In this document: positions 1 through 9,971 of the stretch, one piece after another
How the letters are laid out: each line of letters starts with the position of its first letter
Numbering within the stretch: position 1 is the first letter of the stretch
Assembly: GCA_041746255.1 (NCBI GenBank)
Contig: JBGTHM010000116.1
Coordinates: 1-28,713, forward strand
Reading direction: 5' to 3'
Source: Fibrobacteria bacterium
GTDB taxonomy: Bacteria > Fibrobacterota > Fibrobacteria > UBA11236
DNA length: 28,713 nt
Notes under the pieces: generated by a model
Seen by the model: the letters and a program-made list of their open reading frames with translations, nothing else
Database searches by the model: none
What the model was told of the DNA's origin: nothing
Position numbers and translations under genes: made by a program

Positions 1-153
1 CGGAGGAAGGACTTCGACGGTAACCGGGGGATTGGCTTCCTCGGTTTTACAACCTGTGAAAAGTCCCGTCGACAGAAGTGCCAAGGCAGCAAGGGCGAAA
101 AGGGCCCCGGAGCGGTTGTGGTTGGAATGGGTGTTTTTGGAATCGGGGCGCAT
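1..153 (-). CDS. Partial (5' end) lipoprotein of unknown function, running off the window
   Basis: Manual translation MRPDSKNTHSNHNRSGALFALAALALLSTGLFTG-CKTEE shows a hydrophobic stretch plus a lipobox-like FTGC. A GGAGG RBS lies just upstream of ATG 153. Not in the ORF track. Confidence 0.7.
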   Translation of the reverse strand, partial: MRPDSKNTHSNHNRSGALFALAALALLSTGLFTGCKTEEANPPVTVEVLPP

Positions 154-203
154 GAGCCTCCTATTGAAACTGGCAATATTAAAATCGGCAAGATAACCCG
201 GTA

Positions 204-238
204 AGAAAAAGGGGTGGAACCTATGCCGCACACCCCTT
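204..238 (-). terminator. Possible intrinsic terminator after the sigma/TPR genes
   Basis: AAGGGGTG...CACCCCTT stem with a 14-nt loop, followed by a T-run on the minus strand. The loop is long for a terminator. Confidence 0.3.
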
Positions 239-299
239 CCAATATAGGGCTGGTCTTTTGGGTTCGCCAGGTAAAAATTCTCAAAAAACATAAACGGGA

Positions 300-1316
300 T
301 TAACGCCAGCCTTTATCGGCAAAAAGCTTTGCCAGGTTGCATAAGCGCTTATCTTCGGGAAGGGTTTTTGGGTTGAGTCGGACCAGGCGCACCTCCTTGG
401 GTTTATGCCCAAAAAGCGCCATAAACTCGAAGGTATCCTCGTTTTCCCAGATAACCCCCTGAAAATTCTCCATATTGGGGCATTGCGCCTCCCCCGTGCC
501 CTTTCCCGGGCCGGAAATCATGGTTTTGAGATGAATCAGCCTTCCAAACAAATCGCCGGTATCTTGGTATTCCCGTGCGGTTACGCTTACGCCCCAGAGC
601 GCGCTTTCAGAATAGGCGAGGGTATTCTCATAGCTCACCCCCTGATGATTGAAGGTTTCGCGGAGGTTGCCGGTTTCCGTATCGGCGAATTGTTTGTCGG
701 GATAGGCGCGCCGTACCTCACCCGGAGGAGTGCCCCAACCCACGGTATAGGTTCCCAGCAAAGCCAGCCGCCCGGGAAGTATCACCTGGGTTTCCTGAAA
801 GCGGGGGAGGCCTTCACTCAATTCAATCACGGTATCGGAATTCACCGGGGGTGTCGCTGAAATTGCCGGAGGCTTGGCCGGGGGCGGCGAAGTTCCCGCT
901 TCGGCAGACCAGGCGGAAAAAGCGGCGGCGCGCAATTCCTGAGCTTCCTCAAGCGAAGAATCGAGCGCCAGGGCGCTATCCAAACTTTCCGTGGCCAAAC
1001 CGAAAAATCCGCGGTGAAAATAGGCTTCGGCCAGGGCCAGCCGCAGAGGAGCATTTTCCGGATGCTTTTCCACTTTACGCTTGAGCAGAGTTATGGCAAA
1101 GACTGCCTGTTCCTCTTTGTGCGAACCTCTTTTACCGGGAACACCCATGCCGGATTCGGCTGCGCTGATTCCAAGCTCCGAGGCGGGAATATTCACGGAA
1201 TCGGAAGGGGAGGCCTGCTCTGGGGAATGGATGAGGGATTGGCTTCGTAACAAGGCAAGAACCGCCAGCCCGACTACGATTGGAAGCAGGAGTAGAAGCC
1301 CGAGACGCCTGCTCAT
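300..1316 (-). CDS. Membrane-anchored or exported tetratricopeptide-repeat protein
   Basis: N-terminal hydrophobic helix, TPR-like segment (HPENAPLRLALAEAYFHRGFFGLATESLDSALALD), Pro-rich linker and an unknown C-terminal domain. Confidence 0.7.
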   Translation of the reverse strand: MSRRLGLLLLLPIVVGLAVLALLRSQSLIHSPEQASPSDSVNIPASELGISAAESGMGVPGKRGSHKEEQAVFAITLLKRKVEKHPENAPLRLALAEAYFHRGFFGLATESLDSALALDSSLEEAQELRAAAFSAWSAEAGTSPPPAKPPAISATPPVNSDTVIELSEGLPRFQETQVILPGRLALLGTYTVGWGTPPGEVRRAYPDKQFADTETGNLRETFNHQGVSYENTLAYSESALWGVSVTAREYQDTGDLFGRLIHLKTMISGPGKGTGEAQCPNMENFQGVIWENEDTFEFMALFGHKPKEVRLVRLNPKTLPEDKRLCNLAKLFADKGWR

Positions 1317-1331
1317 GTAGGGAGGATAACC

Positions 1332-2168
1332 CTATTTCCCTTCGGACATGAAGGGAAGGAGCTTGTCTTTATAATCTTTGGATCGCAAGAGTTTGCGCAG
1401 GGATTTGTGCTTGATTTGCCGCACGCGCTCGCGAGTGAGCTTTAATTCCTTGCCGATTTCGTCGAGGGTGAATTCACGCGAATAATTGATGCCGTAATAC
1501 ATACGCAAAACTTTCTCTTCGCGTTCCGACATTTGGCCCAGCACCGAATCGATCACGCTTCGGAGTTCGGCGCGTTCGCTTTCGGGCTCTTGATTGCCCT
1601 CGGATCCCAAAACATCCATCAAGGTGGTTACCGCATCGCGTGAACCTTCGCCGTCCGAACCGATGGGCGCGTTCAAGGACACGTCGGCGATTTTTTCCAT
1701 CACCTCCGCGATTTCACGTTCATGTTCGGCGAAGTCGCCCGTGTTTATGGTCTTTTCGTAATCGCCGCCGTTTTGCACCAAGGCTTTTTTGAAACGGTTG
1801 ACCATGGCCAATTTATTGGGCGGAATCCGCACGGCGCCCACTTGCTCGAATAGCGCCTTTTGAATGGATTGTCTTATCCACCACACGGCATAGGAAATGA
1901 ACTTCACTTCGCGAGCGGGGTCGTAGCGTTTGGCCGCTTTGTATAAACCGAGGTTGCCTTCGTTGATCAGTTCCAAGAGCGAAAGGCCTTTACCCTGATA
2001 GCGCCGGGCGATGGATACCACGAAACGCAAATTGCCCAGAATAAGTTTGTGCATGGCCTTGGTATCGCCCTGCTTGATGCGCTTAACGAGATCCTTTTCT
2101 TCATCCGGCGTGATGATGGAATGCCGGTAGAGATCTCTGAAATAAAGCTGTTCGTTTTGATCAACCAA
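1332..2168 (-). CDS. RNA polymerase sigma-70 factor, RpoD/RpoS-like, lacking region 1.1
   Basis: Region 2 NLRFVVSIARRY...LINEGNLGL...KFISYAVWWIRQSI; region 4 TLDEIGKELKLTRERVRQI; TTG start with GAGGA RBS. Confidence 0.93.
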   Translation of the reverse strand: MVDQNEQLYFRDLYRHSIITPDEEKDLVKRIKQGDTKAMHKLILGNLRFVVSIARRYQGKGLSLLELINEGNLGLYKAAKRYDPAREVKFISYAVWWIRQSIQKALFEQVGAVRIPPNKLAMVNRFKKALVQNGGDYEKTINTGDFAEHEREIAEVMEKIADVSLNAPIGSDGEGSRDAVTTLMDVLGSEGNQEPESERAELRSVIDSVLGQMSEREEKVLRMYYGINYSREFTLDEIGKELKLTRERVRQIKHKSLRKLLRSKDYKDKLLPFMSEGK

Positions 2169-2320
2169 ACGAATGTCCTCGCAATAGATTCAAGCAATAG
2201 GCTTGAGTCAAACTAAAAACTTTTAACGGTTCTTCCCAAACCGCCTACCCGTAACCCTCGGTTTAATAAAGGGTTAGCTTACAGGGTCTCTTGTCATTTT
2301 GACTGCAGGAGCCTGGTTTG

Positions 2321-2650
2321 TCAACCTCCATCGCCTTTAACGGCATTTTCGCCCAGTTTCCTTAGAAAATCATAAGCATAAATACCGGTGGAATGGCCAT
2401 CCGACCAGTGTATGCCGACGGCATAGCGCCCCACGGAATGGATTTTAAGGGGATGGATAGCCTCGGAAATACCTTTGGGATCGAGCATACGCTCTCCTGT
2501 CCATTCATTGACGCATACCGCGCAAGGGCATACGGAGCGCAAAAAGGTAAATGCGTATTCGCTTTGGGAACCGTCGTTCCAATGGATAATGAGTGCCTTA
2601 CCGTTCTGTTTCTTAAACAGGCCCGTGGGAATAGCAATCGTCGTACTCAT
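2321..2650 (-). CDS. DUF971 (GBBH-like N-terminal) domain protein
   Basis: LRSVCPCAVC and VGRYAVGIHWSDGHSTGIY motifs; start overlaps the mrp stop. Confidence 0.88.
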   Translation of the reverse strand: MSTTIAIPTGLFKKQNGKALIIHWNDGSQSEYAFTFLRSVCPCAVCVNEWTGERMLDPKGISEAIHPLKIHSVGRYAVGIHWSDGHSTGIYAYDFLRKLGENAVKGDGG

Positions 2651-3777
2651 ACACGTATCTCTTCGGTGGAGGCGACGGGAAGGGTTTCCCAGGAATAATT
2701 GAAGTCGGTGAGAAGCCCACCTCCTTCGACGCCCAGAATCGACAATTGCGCCGCAATGCGACCGGTAATTTCACGGTAGGCCTTGGCCGAAGCGGAGTCG
2801 GGCCTGAATTCGACAATGGGCTTGCCCACATCGCCCCCTTCCGCCACATCGGGTTCAATGGGAATTTCTCCCAAAAAGGGCATGCCCAGGGATTCGGAGA
2901 TGCGGCGGCCGCCGCCCTGCCGGAAGATGGTATGTCTTTTTTCGCAATTATCGCAGATGAAATAGCTCATGTTCTCAATGATGCCCAATACGGGAACATT
3001 CACCTTCTGGAACATTTTAAGGCCTTTTTTGGCGTCCAATACGCTTACGTCTTGCGGTGTGGTGACGATGACGCCGCCCGAAAGCGGGGCGCTTTGGGTT
3101 AAGGTGAGCTGAACGTCGCCGGTGCCGGGGGGCATATCGATCAGCAAATAGTCGAGTTCACCCCATACCACGTTATGGACGAAGTTCTGAATCATTTGCG
3201 AAACCATGGGGCCCCGCCAGATAACCGGTTTTTCTTCTTCGGAAAACATGGCCATGGAAACGATTTTAATGCCGTTGACGACCACGGGATGCAGCTTCTT
3301 ATTGTCGTCAAGAACGGGCGCTTCGCGCACTTTGAACATCATGGTTTGCGACGGTCCGTAAATGTCGGCGTCCAGGATTCCCACTTTGGCGCCCGTTTGC
3401 GCGAGGGCCACCGCGATATTCGCCGTGGCGGTGGACTTTCCGACTCCGCCTTTTCCGGAAGCCACGGCCAGGATATGCCTTACCTTTTGCAAATGCTCGG
3501 TGCGCTTGCCTCCGGGAGTGGGTTTTTGCACTTGGGCGGTCATGTTGACGGCCACCGAGGTCACCCCGGGAATGGCGTTCACTTCCTGGATGCATTGGGC
3601 TTGCAAATCTTCTTTGACGGGGCAAGCGGGGGTGGTGAGTTCAACGTCGAAGCGGACTTCGCCGCCCTTGATTTCGAGGTTTTGCACAAAACCGAGTTCG
3701 ACGATATTCTTGTGCAAATCCGGATCGCGGACCTTTGCCAAAGCTTGCAAGACCTGCTGTTTTTCCACTGTTCTCAT
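2647..3777 (-). CDS. apbC: Mrp/ApbC/NBP35 Fe-S cluster carrier ATPase with N-terminal DUF59 domain
   Basis: [14 protein letters not shown] and LTTPACP (DUF59); [11 protein letters not shown]alker [21 protein letters not shown]..CxxC. Confidence 0.95.
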   Translation of the reverse strand: MRTVEKQQVLQALAKVRDPDLHKNIVELGFVQNLEIKGGEVRFDVELTTPACPVKEDLQAQCIQEVNAIPGVTSVAVNMTAQVQKPTPGGKRTEHLQKVRHILAVASGKGGVGKSTATANIAVALAQTGAKVGILDADIYGPSQTMMFKVREAPVLDDNKKLHPVVVNGIKIVSMAMFSEEEKPVIWRGPMVSQMIQNFVHNVVWGELDYLLIDMPPGTGDVQLTLTQSAPLSGGVIVTTPQDVSVLDAKKGLKMFQKVNVPVLGIIENMSYFICDNCEKRHTIFRQGGGRRISESLGMPFLGEIPIEPDVAEGGDVGKPIVEFRPDSASAKAYREITGRIAAQLSILGVEGGGLLTDFNYSWETLPVASTEEIRV

Positions 3778-3854
3778 TGCGAACCAATATAGCTATTTCT
3801 AAACTTGACGCTTTGCTGGAGCGGGGTGGAAGACACGATCGGGGTTATTCAATA

Positions 3855-5150
3855 ATGAGCGCTAATCGAAAAATTGCAGTGGTGGGTTTGGGGTATGTCG
3901 GACTGCCTATTGTAGTCGCCTTCGGTCGCAAGGGTCCCGTGACGGGATTCGATATCAACACCTCGCGCATACGCGAGTTACGCGATCAATTCGATCGCAA
4001 TCGCGATGTCGCCGCCGAAGACTTCCGGGACTCGCAGGCGGTATTCACTTCCGACCCCGCCCAATTGCGCGAAGCCGATTTTCTCATCGTGGCGGTGCCC
4101 ACTCCCGTCGATGGCTCCAAACGTCCGGATTTGCGGCCGCTTATGGCCGCCTCGCGCACCGTGGGCCAGAATCTGGCGCGAGGCACCATCGTGGTCTTCG
4201 AGTCCACGGTTTTTCCCGGCGCCACCGAAGAGGTTTGCGTTCCCATTCTGGAAAAGGAATCGGGCCTTATTTGCGGGAAGGATTTCAAAGTCGGCTATTC
4301 CCCCGAGCGCATCAATCCCGGCGACAGCGACCATACTTTTACCAAAATCATCAAGGTCGTGTCGGGTCAAGACTCGGAGACTTTGGATACCGTGGCATCG
4401 GTCTACTCTTCGGTGGTTGACGCGGGCGTATATAAAGCCGCGTCCATCAAAGTGGCCGAAGCCGCCAAGGTGATTGAAAACACCCAGCGTGATTTGAACA
4501 TCGCCCTGGTCAACGAATTGGCTCTTATTTTCAACCGCCTGGGAATAGATACCACCGACGTGCTGGAAGCTGCAGGCACCAAATGGAATTTTCTGCGTTT
4601 CTCCCCGGGCCTGGTGGGTGGACATTGCATCGGAGTCGACCCCTATTATCTCACCGACAAGGCTGAACAAGTGGGCTATATCCCGCAGGTGATTCTTTCC
4701 GGAAGGCGCATCAACGACGGCATGGGAACATATGTCGCCGGGCAGGTGGTGAAAATGTTGTTGCAGGAAGGGCGCATCAGCGCATCGGCTTGCCAACCGG
4801 TGGTCACCGTCATGGGTCTTACCTTCAAGGAAAACGTACCCGACCTGCGCAATACCCGCGTGGTGGATATCGTGAACGAATTAAAATCGTATCATTTCCG
4901 GGTGCAAATCGTAGACCCCATGGCCTATGCCGAAGAGGCTGAAGAAGAATACGGTATCACGCTGACGAAAATGGACGACCTTGAGCCCGCGCATGCCGTG
5001 GTGATGGCCGTAGCGCATGCGCCCTTCCGGGAGGGTGGCTGGAAACTGGTGCAAAGCCTGTTGCTGGAGGGTAAGGGCGTAGTGGCAGATATCAAAAACA
5101 GCCTGCCCCGCGCCGATAAACCCGCAGGCGTGGAACTTTGGCGTCTTTAA
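3855..5150 (+). CDS. Nucleotide-sugar dehydrogenase (TviB/WbpO-like UDP-N-acetylhexosamine 6-dehydrogenase)
   Basis: GLGYVGLP Rossmann motif, [35 protein letters not shown]. Start moved to ATG 3855 because the longer ORF overlaps mrp. Confidence 0.92.
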   Translation: MSANRKIAVVGLGYVGLPIVVAFGRKGPVTGFDINTSRIRELRDQFDRNRDVAAEDFRDSQAVFTSDPAQLREADFLIVAVPTPVDGSKRPDLRPLMAASRTVGQNLARGTIVVFESTVFPGATEEVCVPILEKESGLICGKDFKVGYSPERINPGDSDHTFTKIIKVVSGQDSETLDTVASVYSSVVDAGVYKAASIKVAEAAKVIENTQRDLNIALVNELALIFNRLGIDTTDVLEAAGTKWNFLRFSPGLVGGHCIGVDPYYLTDKAEQVGYIPQVILSGRRINDGMGTYVAGQVVKMLLQEGRISASACQPVVTVMGLTFKENVPDLRNTRVVDIVNELKSYHFRVQIVDPMAYAEEAEEEYGITLTKMDDLEPAHAVVMAVAHAPFREGGWKLVQSLLLEGKGVVADIKNSLPRADKPAGVELWRL

Positions 5151-5167
5151 GTTAAGGGATTTAAAAC

Positions 5168-6184
5168 ATGTCCGAAAAAATTCTGGTTACCGGCGCCGCC
5201 GGGTTCATCGGTTTTCATCTTTCCAAACTGCTCATGGAAAAAGGCCATGCCGTCATCGGCGTGGACAATCTCAACGAGTATTATGACGTGACTTTGAAAA
5301 AGGCGCGTCTGACCATTTTGCAGCAAAACCCGAATTTCGCTTTCGAGCGGCTCGACATCGCGGATGCCAAACGCTTTATGGATATGTTCGAAGCGCATCG
5401 CCCCCATCGCGTGGTGAATTTGGCGGCTCAGGCGGGGGTGCGCTACAGCATCGAAAACCCCCGCGCCTATATCGAAGCCAATATTTCCGGATTTTTAAAC
5501 GTTTTGGAAGCCTGCCGGCATAATCCGGTGGAACACTTGGTTTATGCCTCCTCGTCTTCGGTGTATGGGGCGAACCTGAAAAAACCGTCTTCCATTCACC
5601 ACAACATCGACCATCCGGTAAGCCTCTACGCCACCACCAAGAAGTCGAATGAGTTGATGGCCCATACTTATAGTCATCTCTATGGCACCCCCACCACGGG
5701 GCTGCGTTTTTTTACCGTTTACGGGCCTTGGGGCCGTCCCGATATGGCCTTGTTTCTGTTCACGAAAAACATTCTGGCCGGTAAGCCCATTGACGTTTTC
5801 AACGAAGGCCACCACCGCCGCGACTTCACTTATATCGACGATATTGTGGAGGGTGTGTACCGGACTTTATTCCATACGGCCCAGCCCAATCCGCAATGGG
5901 ACGGAATGGACCCCGATTGCGGCACCAGTTTCGCCCCCTATCGCGTTTACAATATCGGCAACGGCAAACCAGTGGAGTTGATGCGCTTTATCGAGCTGAT
6001 CGAAGAGAAATTGGGTAAAAAATCGATCAAAAACCTGCTTCCCATGCAGGCCGGCGACGTGGCTGAATCCCATGCCGACGTCGAGGATTTGATGCGCGAC
6101 GTGGGTTTTCGACCCAACACTCCGGTGGAAACGGGTATTGCCCGCTTTCTGGACTGGTATACGGGGTATTACGGTACGAAGTAG
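5168..6184 (+). CDS. NAD-dependent epimerase, UDP-glucuronate 4-epimerase/CapI-like
   Basis: [24 protein letters not shown] (YxxxK), [16 protein letters not shown]. Confidence 0.92.
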   Translation: MSEKILVTGAAGFIGFHLSKLLMEKGHAVIGVDNLNEYYDVTLKKARLTILQQNPNFAFERLDIADAKRFMDMFEAHRPHRVVNLAAQAGVRYSIENPRAYIEANISGFLNVLEACRHNPVEHLVYASSSSVYGANLKKPSSIHHNIDHPVSLYATTKKSNELMAHTYSHLYGTPTTGLRFFTVYGPWGRPDMALFLFTKNILAGKPIDVFNEGHHRRDFTYIDDIVEGVYRTLFHTAQPNPQWDGMDPDCGTSFAPYRVYNIGNGKPVELMRFIELIEEKLGKKSIKNLLPMQAGDVAESHADVEDLMRDVGFRPNTPVETGIARFLDWYTGYYGTK

Positions 6185-6195
6185 TTACTGGAACT

Positions 6196-6855
6196 TTACT
6201 GAAACCCGACCATGACGCGGCCGTCGAAATGGGGTTCGGGCAGCCGGGGCAGCGAGAGGTAGGCGGCCGCCGCGTGTTGGACTCGCATGGGAAACGCGCG
6301 CGCGTAGTCTTCCAGTTTGCGCGCCTCGATGCGATGGGCTAGCCGGAAGCCCTCGGAGCCTAGCCTTTCAATATCCCACTCTCCTTTTTCCAAATACCAA
6401 TAATCGAGCAAGGCCTTTTCCGGGTCTGCGACATAAATGGGTTCGAACCATAACCGGGTCCAAGAAAAACCGATGAAAAGTTCGGGCTTGATTTGGGAGT
6501 AAGTGAAGGTTCCGAAGTGGTTTACGATTTTGCGGCTGGGATGGGGAGTTACGCTGGTAAAGGCCCGGTGGTCGTGTGGCAAAAGGACATAATTGCACAG
6601 CACCCAATGGCCGGTGAGATAGGAGGGCTTGACCATTTGATTGGCGACTCCAAGGGCAGTGGGACCTTTTCGGTTGTAAATATCGGCGAGGGCGAATTGA
6701 CCTCTTTGGAGGGGGATGAGTTTCCCCGCGCGCACCCAGCGGTGGATTTGCACTTGCACATAGGGTTTGGGCTTGGGTATGAGGTCGTAAATTTGGCTGG
6801 AGGTCAGATAGTCGGGGTAGGGACCTATCTTTTTTAGAAAAGTGGGCCAATCCAT
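6196..6855 (-). CDS. AbiEi-like type IV TA antitoxin/transcriptional regulator, with no adjacent AbiEii
   Basis: WVRAGKLIPLQRGQF, PSYL...W.L, TSVT, FGTFTY, ADPEKALLD; paralogous to 21831..22463. Confidence 0.75.
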   Translation of the reverse strand: MDWPTFLKKIGPYPDYLTSSQIYDLIPKPKPYVQVQIHRWVRAGKLIPLQRGQFALADIYNRKGPTALGVANQMVKPSYLTGHWVLCNYVLLPHDHRAFTSVTPHPSRKIVNHFGTFTYSQIKPELFIGFSWTRLWFEPIYVADPEKALLDYWYLEKGEWDIERLGSEGFRLAHRIEARKLEDYARAFPMRVQHAAAAYLSLPRLPEPHFDGRVMVGFQ

Positions 6856-6860
6856 TCGCT

Positions 6861-6884
6861 GAACTTAGCATTTATGATAAGTTC
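6861..6884. promoter_or_regulatory. Palindromic operator just upstream of AbiEi
   Basis: GAACTTAGCAT-TT-ATGATAAGTTC (11-bp arms, one mismatch), 5 bp before ATG 6855. Confidence 0.7.
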
Positions 6885-7162
6885 GAGCGGAATTTTTCCA
6901 GTGCATGGGAAAAAAGGGGCCCGGGTTGGTTGGCGGTTCAGGCTAATTGAAGCTCCGTTGGGTTGGGGTATCTGACAGGTTGAGTCTTCGGTAGGTTAGT
7001 GGCGTTGGTGGGTCGAGTGGGCACTGGTGGTTCGGGGGACCGAGGCTGGGTTAGTGATGCCGGTGTGTCGGAGGCACGGCTGGGTTTGAGGGCGATGGCT
7101 GGTCGACTCTGGCCGATTGGGCATTTTTTTGGGTGGGGGCGCTGGCTGGTTCAGGCTCCCTG

Positions 7163-7315
7163 GGTTGAGGACCTGCACTGGTTGAGGACTCGCACTGGTT
7201 GAGGACTCGCACTGGTTGAGGACCTGCACTGGTTGAGGACTCGCACTGGTTGAGGACCTGCACTGGTTGAGGACTCGCACTGGTTGAGGACTCGCACTGG
7301 TTGAGGACTCGCACT
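7163..7315. repeat. Tandem repeat, 9 x 17 bp, GGTTGAGGAC(CT/TC)GCACT
   Basis: Nine contiguous units in two variants, followed by two degenerate AGTTGTGGCT units; no spacers. Confidence 0.95.
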
Positions 7316-7427
7316 AGTTGTGGCTCCCACTAGTTGTGGCTTCAGTTGGTTGGAGGCGCTGGTTGATTGGAGGTTGGACTATTGGTCAGGGGACCGTTCC
7401 TTTTTAACTGCACAAATTTAATCGGAC

Positions 7428-7490
7428 GAACTTATCATAAATGATAAGTTCAAGCGGAATTTTTTAAGTGTGTGGGAAAAAATAGGGTCG
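7428..7490. repeat. Second copy of the AbiEi upstream region with a perfect palindrome
   Basis: GAACTTATCAT-AA-ATGATAAGTTC (7428-7451) followed by AGCGGAATTTTT..AGTG..TGGGAAAAAA.GGG; imperfect direct repeat of 6861-6920. Confidence 0.85.
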
Positions 7491-7744
7491 GGGTCGGTTC
7501 AGAACGGGGTTAGGGGTACGGAAAGGATAGTAGCCTGGGGTACTAACTGCCTTCCGATCTTTTAATATCCCTTCCAGGTCTCCTGAGGCAATCTCCGTCC
7601 AACTTTTTTAGAATTTTGGGTCCATCAAGTCCGTAGGTCTACATCGGAAACCCGCTTCAGACTATAATCCGCCTAAACTTCGCCTCCCCTCCCTATCACT
7701 TTTCCTTGCCTCCCCCCCCTCCGAAGACTTGTTTGTGCCCCTGT

Positions 7745-9970
7745 ATGGGTACACCCCGATGCAACATTCTCTGGCTGGGAATCGCTCTATTTTCAGCCTT
7801 CCTTGCCGGAGAGCAGGTTTTCTCTCAGCCGACCCTGCCCGCTCTGGCCGCCCGGCAAGAGAAATCCCTCGATACTTTGGTGAATCCCTCCGGAGCACCT
7901 GTGCCGAATGAGGCAAAGAAGGCGGGCGAAGCCAGCGAGGCGAAGGACGCGAATGACTTCGACGGCCCCCAACCCTGGTACGGCCCCACCGAATTGCCGG
8001 GGATTCTGGCCGTTGCCACTCGGACCCACGGGCTGACCGCCGGAGCGCATGAGCCTGTCGGCGCCTTCCGATTTTCGCACAGCGAATTGGACGGCGCGAT
8101 TTCGTCCTTGGGCGACCCTTCGCGCGTGGTGCAGACCCTCCCGGGAGTGGGGCGCCCCAGCGATTGGCTGACCACGCTTATCGTACGCGGTGGCGCCGCA
8201 GACCAAAATGCCTATTTGCTCGACGCCATGCCTGCCTTAAAGGTGAGTCATTACGAAGAATCGCGTGGGGGCAACGGGGGCGTGGGCATGGTGAACCTGG
8301 CTTTCCTGGACGAACTCTCCTTCCACAACGGCGCCTTCGCGGCGCGGTATCCCGATAAACTTTCCAGCGTGGTGAAACTGAAGTTCCGCGACGGAAACAC
8401 CGAGCAGCATTCGGGGCGATTCACGGCCGATGTGACGGGCGTGGGCGGGGTGGTCGAAGGTCCCGTCGCAATGGGTGAAAGGACCGGATCTTATGCCTCG
8501 ACTTTCCGTTACAGCACCATGGCGCTTTTGCTCGATGCCGGCATTGTGGATGCCTTCGGGGTGCCGACCTATTACAACGGGCATGTGAAGCTGTACGCCC
8601 CTTTTCACAGGGGAGAACTGAGGCTGAACGCCCTGGGCGGGGAAGATGTATGGCTCAATAAAATTCTTCTAGGTCGGGGAGACATCCACCATGCCATGCT
8701 CAATTATTCCGGATGGACGGGAGCCCTGGGAGGTGAATGGAAACAGGAAAGCCGATTCGGACAAAGTGAGGTGGCCCTTTATTACAGCCAGCGCACGCAA
8801 GACGCCGAATTCTTTTTCACGGATAGGAACGGTCGGCGGATGGCGGATAGCCTCGGACACGAAGAACATGCGCGAGATGAGCGGGTAAGCCTTTCCATCG
8901 ATCACGGCTTCAATCCCCATCCACGCTTGGCGGTGCGGGTGGGAGGCCTGGAGGAATTCCTGCTGCGCGATTACCACCTCGACTATGCCAATCAGAAAAC
9001 CTATCTACCGCGACGCGATACGGTGATGGTTTATAGCGAAGGCCAAAGAGTGATCAGCCCATGGCATTCGCATACGGCTGTTTATGGCGAGGCGACCCTC
9101 AGCCTAGATGCCTGGAATTTCTACGCAGGCTATCGCCATCTCTATGAGGAATATACCGACAACCACGGCTTCGGTCCCCGGCTGGGCGCCAAGTTCCATT
9201 TCGGACCGGACCAGGCGCATGCATTCAAGGGAGCTTTCGGACGCCATACCCAAGCCCATAGTTTCGCGGACCTGGCCCTGCGCGACAATCCCCATGTTGC
9301 CGAATTGCCCTATAATTGGCAAACCGTGGCCGGCTATGAATGGCAGGCTCCCCAGGGAGTGCTGCTTTCCTTGGAGGCTTTCGACAAACAGGCTTTCCGC
9401 CTTCCCCGGCAACGCTTTTTCCTGGAGGGCGAGCGGTATCGATCCACCTTTGTCGACACGGGAAGAACTTCCAGTCGCGGTTTCGAAATCTACGCGAAAA
9501 AATCCAAGCTGCAGCGATTCTCCGGATCGGCCACCTACAGTTACTTATGGCATCGCGAAGCGAATGTGGAAGGCCGGGAACTCCCCACGCAATTCAGCGT
9601 GCCCCATCGCTTCAATGTCGCCGTGGGATACGATCTCCTGGCTAATCTAACGTTCAGCGCGCGCTACAGTTTCGCTTCCGGGCAGCCCTATGTTCCCTTC
9701 GACAGCACGCTGTCCTATCGCATGGGCACGGGAGTCTACGATTATCAGGAAGCCTACCAAGTGTCGGAACCGCATTTTGCCCGTCTGGACCTCCGCATGG
9801 AGTACCACCACTTTTTCGAGCAAATGGAGATGCGCACTTTCACCGAAGTCGCCAATGTGATGAACCGACCCAATCGGTTCGAGCGCATATGGGACCCACT
9901 GGACGGCGGAGATATGAACTTTCCCGGCATGGGTCTGCTGCCGATGGCAGGGGTGACGCTGGTGTTTTGA
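7745..9970 (+). CDS. TonB-dependent outer-membrane receptor
   Basis: Signal peptide; plug motifs DPSRVVQTLPGV, LIVRGG..DQN and GAFAARYPDKLSSV; beta-strand pattern; C-terminal Phe. Start codon uncertain. Confidence 0.85.
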   Translation: MGTPRCNILWLGIALFSAFLAGEQVFSQPTLPALAARQEKSLDTLVNPSGAPVPNEAKKAGEASEAKDANDFDGPQPWYGPTELPGILAVATRTHGLTAGAHEPVGAFRFSHSELDGAISSLGDPSRVVQTLPGVGRPSDWLTTLIVRGGAADQNAYLLDAMPALKVSHYEESRGGNGGVGMVNLAFLDELSFHNGAFAARYPDKLSSVVKLKFRDGNTEQHSGRFTADVTGVGGVVEGPVAMGERTGSYASTFRYSTMALLLDAGIVDAFGVPTYYNGHVKLYAPFHRGELRLNALGGEDVWLNKILLGRGDIHHAMLNYSGWTGALGGEWKQESRFGQSEVALYYSQRTQDAEFFFTDRNGRRMADSLGHEEHARDERVSLSIDHGFNPHPRLAVRVGGLEEFLLRDYHLDYANQKTYLPRRDTVMVYSEGQRVISPWHSHTAVYGEATLSLDAWNFYAGYRHLYEEYTDNHGFGPRLGAKFHFGPDQAHAFKGAFGRHTQAHSFADLALRDNPHVAELPYNWQTVAGYEWQAPQGVLLSLEAFDKQAFRLPRQRFFLEGERYRSTFVDTGRTSSRGFEIYAKKSKLQRFSGSATYSYLWHREANVEGRELPTQFSVPHRFNVAVGYDLLANLTFSARYSFASGQPYVPFDSTLSYRMGTGVYDYQEAYQVSEPHFARLDLRMEYHHFFEQMEMRTFTEVANVMNRPNRFERIWDPLDGGDMNFPGMGLLPMAGVTLVF

Positions 9971-9971
9971 C

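Noticed and set aside
2252..2276. TAACCCT-N11-AGGGTTA inverted repeat upstream of the sigma gene
   Set aside because: Short single instance with no U-tract; could be chance.
3175..4796. Long antisense ORFs over mrp and the dehydrogenase (205 aa, 272 aa), and similar ones elsewhere
   Set aside because: Shadow frames of GC-rich conserved genes, with no motifs.
6996..7314. Short repetitive ORFs (VLNQCESSTSASPQP)
   Set aside because: By-products of a 17-bp repeat that is not a multiple of 3; no RBS or recognisable domain.
7163..7315. CRISPR array
   Set aside because: Units are contiguous 17-mers with no unique spacers, and there are no cas genes.
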